Shown: piece after piece, positions 42,674 to 46,669 of the stretch
Position numbering within the stretch: the stretch's first letter is position 1
Layout of the letters: each line of letters opens with the position of its first letter
NCBI GenBank assembly: GCA_964558285.1
Contig: CAZLDK010000001.1
Span: forward strand, 1-46,669
From: an uncultured Spirochaetaceae bacterium
GTDB lineage: Bacteria > Spirochaetota > Spirochaetia > DSM-27196 > PWMO01
Direction: 5' to 3'
DNA: 46,669 bases
Notes under the pieces: model-generated
Databases searched by the model: none
What the model was told of the DNA's origin: nothing
Seen by the model: only the letters and a program-made list of their open reading frames with translations
Translations under genes and position numbers: made by a program

Positions 42674-42722
42674 GCGTAAACATGGTTGCTAGTAAACCGA
42701 GGCCGTGGTAGTAAACGGCTAT

Positions 42723-43865
42723 ATGCAACACGACCATCGGAGCGCCCTAATCCATCCGTCTGAGTTTATCGGTCTGGAGAACACGGTTCACCTCGCCGCC
42801 GGAGGGGAGGGCCCGATGCTCGCCTCGAGTCGCGACGTCGTCGATCGCTTTTTTTCCGACAAGTCGAAGGGGGAGGCCGGGCGCAAGGAAGAAGACGCGA
42901 CGGCGACGCGGTGCCGTGGCAAGGTCGCGGAGCTCTTCGGGGTCGATGCCCGCGACATCGGTTTCGTGTCGAATAGCTCCGAGGCCATCAACATCCTGAC
43001 CCACGGGCTAAAATGGACTGCCGGCGACAACGTCGTGGTCTGCGACGTCGAGTTTCCCACCGAGGTGCTTCCCTGGACGCGCTTGAAGGAGCAGGGCGTC
43101 GCGATTCGTGTTGTTCCGCACAAGGAGTGGTACATCGAGCCAGGCGACATCCGTGCCGCCGTCGACGACCGGACCCGAGTCGTGGCCATTAGCAGCGTGA
43201 GCTATTTTACCGGTCAACGGATCTCGATTAGGCGGCTATCCGAGCTTCTCGAAGGAACCCGGGCTTTGCTCGTTGTCGACGCGACCCACGCCGCCGGGGC
43301 CGTTCCTGTCGAAGCCTCCTATGCGGATGTCGTCGTCGCGAGCTGTTACAAGTGGCTTCTATCGACCCACGGGGTCGCGGTCCTCTACTGGAACCAAAAG
43401 CGCCTTTCCGGCTTCGAGCCGCCCTTTCTCGGGTGGCATTCCGGAACCTCGCTACCGGATTGGCGAAACCCAACCGAGGTGACCTTACGCCCCGGGGCGG
43501 CGATGTTCGAGATGGGGAACATCGGCTTTGTCGGCGTCTATCTCTTGGAAAACGCCCTCGACCGAATCCTCGAAATCGGCATTCCCAAGATAGAGGACCA
43601 CGTTCTTGCCTTGAGCGGACGCCTCTGGGAGGGCCTCCACGGCCTGGGCTTCGAGATGATGACGCCTCGGGCCGCCTCCGAGCGTGCCGGGAACGTCTGC
43701 TTCATGGCCGAGAATATCGGCGAGATAACGGAGTCCCTCGCGGCTCGAGGCATTCTGGTCTGGGGCGGGTACGGCGGCGTCGGAAGAATCCGCGTGTCGA
43801 CGCATGTGTACAACAGCTCCGACGACGTCGAACGGCTACTGGAAGAATTGAGAGTGCTTAAGTAA
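42723..43865 (+). CDS. Class V aminotransferase-fold PLP enzyme (cysteine desulfurase / selenocysteine lyase-like)
   Basis: About 380 aa. Aminotran_5-like layout with a candidate PLP-Lys motif SCYKWL and LVVDATHAAG. The start is ATG 42723 or GTG 42705. Confidence 0.78.
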   Translation: MQHDHRSALIHPSEFIGLENTVHLAAGGEGPMLASSRDVVDRFFSDKSKGEAGRKEEDATATRCRGKVAELFGVDARDIGFVSNSSEAINILTHGLKWTAGDNVVVCDVEFPTEVLPWTRLKEQGVAIRVVPHKEWYIEPGDIRAAVDDRTRVVAISSVSYFTGQRISIRRLSELLEGTRALLVVDATHAAGAVPVEASYADVVVASCYKWLLSTHGVAVLYWNQKRLSGFEPPFLGWHSGTSLPDWRNPTEVTLRPGAAMFEMGNIGFVGVYLLENALDRILEIGIPKIEDHVLALSGRLWEGLHGLGFEMMTPRAASERAGNVCFMAENIGEITESLAARGILVWGGYGGVGRIRVSTHVYNSSDDVERLLEELRVLK

Positions 43866-43886
43866 CACCCGGTCCTGCAGTCTGTC

Positions 43887-45230
43887 TCACAGGCTCTTTA
43901 GAAGATCGATGAGATACGGAAGGACCTGTTTCTTTCGAGATACCACGCCGGTCATCTCACACACTCCCGGAGCGACGGAGGGATAGTGTATCGCTTCGGC
44001 GATGCGCCTGGGGCCGTCGAATACCAGCCGGGTAGTCTCTTCGGTTATGTCGGTTACCATCAGGCAGGCAAAGTCGAGGCCCCCTTCCAACCGACTTTCG
44101 GCTACCGCGGATGCGACTTCTTCCTGTCGCTCGTCGAAAGCCTTGAAACCGACCATCTCGATTTGGCTTACGGCGAAACGCCGGCCCACCTCGGTGTACC
44201 GTTTTTGGTCCTGTTCGACGATCTGCCGGGGTGTCAGGGCGGCGATCTCGCTTCCCGCCTGGAACATCTCTTCGCCGTAGACCTCGACGTTCAGTCCGGC
44301 TATGTCGGCGAGCCACTCGGTAGCCGCTCGATCTATCGAGGTCGTGGTCGGAGACTTTAGAATAACGGTATCCGAGAGGACGGCGGACAACAACAGCGCC
44401 GCCGTCTGACGGTCCGGTAGCATGTCGGACCTGCGGTAGGTGTCCGCCACTATCGTTGCCGTCGACCCGACGACTCGGTTGATGAAGGTGATGGGCATGG
44501 CGGTGCTTCTCGAGCCGATTCGGTGGTGGTCGATAATCTCCACGACCTCGGCATCCTCGATACCGTCTACCGATTGGGAAACCTCGTTGTGGTCGACGAG
44601 GACGACCCGGAAGCGAGTCTTGTTGAGAAAGTTGACCCGGGCGACGACCCCGGCGATTCTATCCTCTTCGTCGGTCACGACGAAGCCGCCCACGTTGAAC
44701 TCGTTGATTCGCCGCTCGACGTCCCGAACCAAGTCGGTTGCCCGAAAGAGCGCTTCCGGTTTCTCGAGATACTTCGAGATCGGCTGGGCCATCGCTTCGG
44801 AGATTGCCGCCTCGACCGGGGACCCGGCGGCCATTCTGGGAAGCTCGTCCAAGAGCCGGCAGATCCGCAACACGGTGATCTTTCCGAGGCACCGGTCTTC
44901 CGCGTCGGCAACCGGGAGGAAGGAGAAATCGTTGTCCAGAATGATGCGCGCCGCCTCAGAGAGAGGTGCCTCGGGGCGAGCGATGTAGAGGCTCTCTTTG
45001 GGAATCATGATGTCGCGGAGGGCAGGGTAGAGAGTAGTCAGAAGCGGCGGCGCCGGGCACTCGAACCGCTCGAGCACGTAACGGGTTTGGGCGTTTACCG
45101 TTCCCGCCCGATACGGCAGGGCCGGCGTGCCGGCCTGCTCCTTGTACCGCGCGTACGCCACGGCGGAGCAGATGGAATCCGTATCCGGATTCTTGTGGCC
45201 GACGACGATGAGGGGAGATGCACCGTCCAT
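43887..45230 (-). CDS. ppaC: Family II inorganic pyrophosphatase with CBS-pair insertion (CBS-PPase)
   Basis: 447 aa. DHH motifs VVGHKNPDTDS, LVDHNE and IIDHHRIG. Two CBS repeats are inserted after the first ~70 aa. C-terminal DHHA2 region. Confidence 0.87.
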   Translation of the reverse strand: MDGASPLIVVGHKNPDTDSICSAVAYARYKEQAGTPALPYRAGTVNAQTRYVLERFECPAPPLLTTLYPALRDIMIPKESLYIARPEAPLSEAARIILDNDFSFLPVADAEDRCLGKITVLRICRLLDELPRMAAGSPVEAAISEAMAQPISKYLEKPEALFRATDLVRDVERRINEFNVGGFVVTDEEDRIAGVVARVNFLNKTRFRVVLVDHNEVSQSVDGIEDAEVVEIIDHHRIGSRSTAMPITFINRVVGSTATIVADTYRRSDMLPDRQTAALLLSAVLSDTVILKSPTTTSIDRAATEWLADIAGLNVEVYGEEMFQAGSEIAALTPRQIVEQDQKRYTEVGRRFAVSQIEMVGFKAFDERQEEVASAVAESRLEGGLDFACLMVTDITEETTRLVFDGPRRIAEAIHYPSVAPGVCEMTGVVSRKKQVLPYLIDLLKSL

Positions 45231-45255
45231 GCCCTAAGTGTAACACGCCGTCGTT

Positions 45256-46641
45256 TTATCGGTGCTTTATGGGCACGTAGTCCGGGAGCTTTTTGGGAAT
45301 CGGTACCGCTTCCAGCCGGGCGAAGCGCTGGAGGCCGGACACCGGGTTGCCGACTGAGGCGTCGGAACCGGGTCCGGCGTTTTCAACTGCTACCCCCGGC
45401 CACCGGGTTCCGATGAGCGGCGCGGCGTAGGCGACAAAATCGTCGGTCACGTCGGTTTGGTCTTTCGATAGCCACGTCTTCGGAAGATGACGCGCCGAGG
45501 CTGCTACCGTCTCGAGGGGTACCTGGTCGAAGAAGGGCTGGTAGAGGGCTTCGGGACCGCCGGCTTGGGCCCCGGCGACTCCGTATCCGGCCCGGAGCCC
45601 TCCACCCCGGCGGCGGATCGTCGCCATGTAGCCGGAGCCTTCGGTTATCGCTACGTCGACGGCGTGGCGCCCCACTCCCCGGGCCTCTTCCTGGTCGATC
45701 GTCGACGCGAAGATCGAGCTTGCCCGCTGCAACACGCCGGGAATCGAGAAGGTCGCGTTTCCCGGGACCGCGAGCCCGCGTTCGTTCAGGTAGCTGACTA
45801 CGATTTGCGCGACGGTGTTCCGGCTTGCGCCGTACTCGACGTGCCCAAATCCGTCCCGCGCCTCCCCGACACCGCCGACGTCGAAACCTTCGCTGACGAC
45901 GACGATGCAGCGCCCCCGGCGCGCAAGCGTTTCGTTGACGTGATGGTGGAGCGACTCCAGGGTGTGATGAGACTCGGTCAGGTAGAGGTGAAGCGGCATC
46001 GCTCGGTAAGGGTCCGCCAGACGCGCGGCGGCGGGAATAAAGCCGGCGGTTCGCCCCATCGCCTGGAGCACCGCGACGGGCTCCGAGGGGTACATCCCTC
46101 GGTTTTCTTCTTCGACGATCTGGGTAATCATCGCCCAGTACCGGGCCGCGCTTCCGTATCCCGGCGTGTGGTCGACGAGATCCAACTCGATATCCCCGAC
46201 ATCGTTGTCGATGGTCTTCGGGACACCGGTGCAGACCAGGTCGATTCCGCGAGCGGCGGCGCGGGACGCGACCTTCGACGCGGTATCCATCGAGTCGTTC
46301 CCCCCGATGTAGAAGAAATAGCCGACCTCATGGGCGGCGCAGACGTCGACGATTCGGGCAAAGTCCTCTTCTTGCGCCTCGTCGAGCTTGTAACGGCAGG
46401 TGCCGATGGCCCCGGCGGCGGGGGTAATCGCCAGGAGCTCTCGTTCCTCCGCCCTCTCCGCATCGAGGGAGATTAGCTCTTCTTTGAGGATACCCTCGAC
46501 CCCGTGTCGGGCCGCGAGGACCTCGCCGATATGCTCCGGATAGCTCTTGCACCCATCGAAGACTCCGAGGAGGGAGGCGTTGATAACCGGCGAGGGTCCG
46601 CCGGATTGAGCGACCAGCGCTCGGCGTCGGGTTCCCGGCAT
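45256..46641 (-). CDS. pfp: Pyrophosphate-dependent 6-phosphofructokinase
   Basis: 461 aa. PFK motifs SGGPSPVINA, IGGNDSMDTA and GVPKTIDNDV. Asp in GGNDS and Lys in PKTIDND occupy the positions (E. coli Gly104/Gly124) used as PPi-specificity signatures. Confidence 0.88.
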   Translation of the reverse strand: MPGTRRRALVAQSGGPSPVINASLLGVFDGCKSYPEHIGEVLAARHGVEGILKEELISLDAERAEERELLAITPAAGAIGTCRYKLDEAQEEDFARIVDVCAAHEVGYFFYIGGNDSMDTASKVASRAAARGIDLVCTGVPKTIDNDVGDIELDLVDHTPGYGSAARYWAMITQIVEEENRGMYPSEPVAVLQAMGRTAGFIPAAARLADPYRAMPLHLYLTESHHTLESLHHHVNETLARRGRCIVVVSEGFDVGGVGEARDGFGHVEYGASRNTVAQIVVSYLNERGLAVPGNATFSIPGVLQRASSIFASTIDQEEARGVGRHAVDVAITEGSGYMATIRRRGGGLRAGYGVAGAQAGGPEALYQPFFDQVPLETVAASARHLPKTWLSKDQTDVTDDFVAYAAPLIGTRWPGVAVENAGPGSDASVGNPVSGLQRFARLEAVPIPKKLPDYVPIKHR

Positions 46642-46669
46642 CCCCGGGCCCTACCAGGCGTAGGCTTCC

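Noticed and set aside
42415-42700. tRNA-Cys with duplicated 3'-end sequence, considered as the boundary of an integrated genomic island or prophage
   Set aside because: No integrase, excisionase, phage or transposase gene occurs on either side within the window, and the flanking genes are ordinary housekeeping genes. Only the repeat itself is reported as a finding, not an island.
44523-46476. Plus-strand ORFs of 297 aa and 329 aa antisense to the CBS-PPase and PPi-PFK genes
   Set aside because: Shadow ORFs opposite strongly supported genes.

Overview
Visibly GC-rich, very densely packed chromosomal segment: about 41 protein-coding genes and one tRNA. Many stop/start codons overlap and there is almost no intergenic DNA. 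I found no rRNA, CRISPR array, transposase, integrase or phage genes.

Gene order:
- mnmE (5' partial), mnmG, rsmG.
- A divergent pair: a TPR/REase-like membrane protein and a tail-anchored Hsp70-substrate-binding-domain-like protein. This leads into an envelope/division run (Slt-type lytic transglycosylase, uppP, ftsK).
- A minus-strand seven-gene operon led by rex: rex, CBS+GHKL ATPase, DRTGG, PHP phosphoesterase, then a FecCD/BtuF-type ABC importer.
- Divergent from it, an electron-bifurcating-type [FeFe]-hydrogenase operon: NuoE-like, GHKL ATPase, Cys-less ferredoxin-like protein, NuoF-like, HydA. It continues without gaps into a lipoprotein, an Eis-like GNAT, a degenerate-GGDEF/EAL protein and a fused aroD-aroE.
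- An XPB/ERCC3-type helicase with its large partner protein.
- M20 amidohydrolase, PIN-PhoH, and a beta-propeller/NodB-like exported protein.
- fliS plus an FlgN-like gene, polA, coaE, a SPOR protein, a NUDIX hydrolase and a membrane thioredoxin-like protein.
- tRNA-Cys followed by two tRNA-3'-end-like hairpin repeats.
- A class V aminotransferase, a CBS-type family II pyrophosphatase and a PPi-dependent phosphofructokinase.

The gene content (anaerobic PPi/hydrogenase metabolism, flagellar chaperone, relaxed lipoboxes) would fit a GC-rich anaerobe such as a spirochaete. That guess is not verifiable from here.

I found no classical defence island or mobile element. The most interesting candidates are:
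- the uncharacterised Rex-CBS/GHKL-DRTGG-PHP signalling module wired to the hydrogenase and an atypical ABC importer;
- the standalone membrane-anchored Hsp70 SBD-like protein;
- the XPB-partner pair;
- the Cys-less ferredoxin-like hydrogenase subunit;
- the tRNA-Cys-derived hairpin repeats, which carry a compensatory base-pair change.

All functional calls rest on motif recognition by eye; no database search was run.
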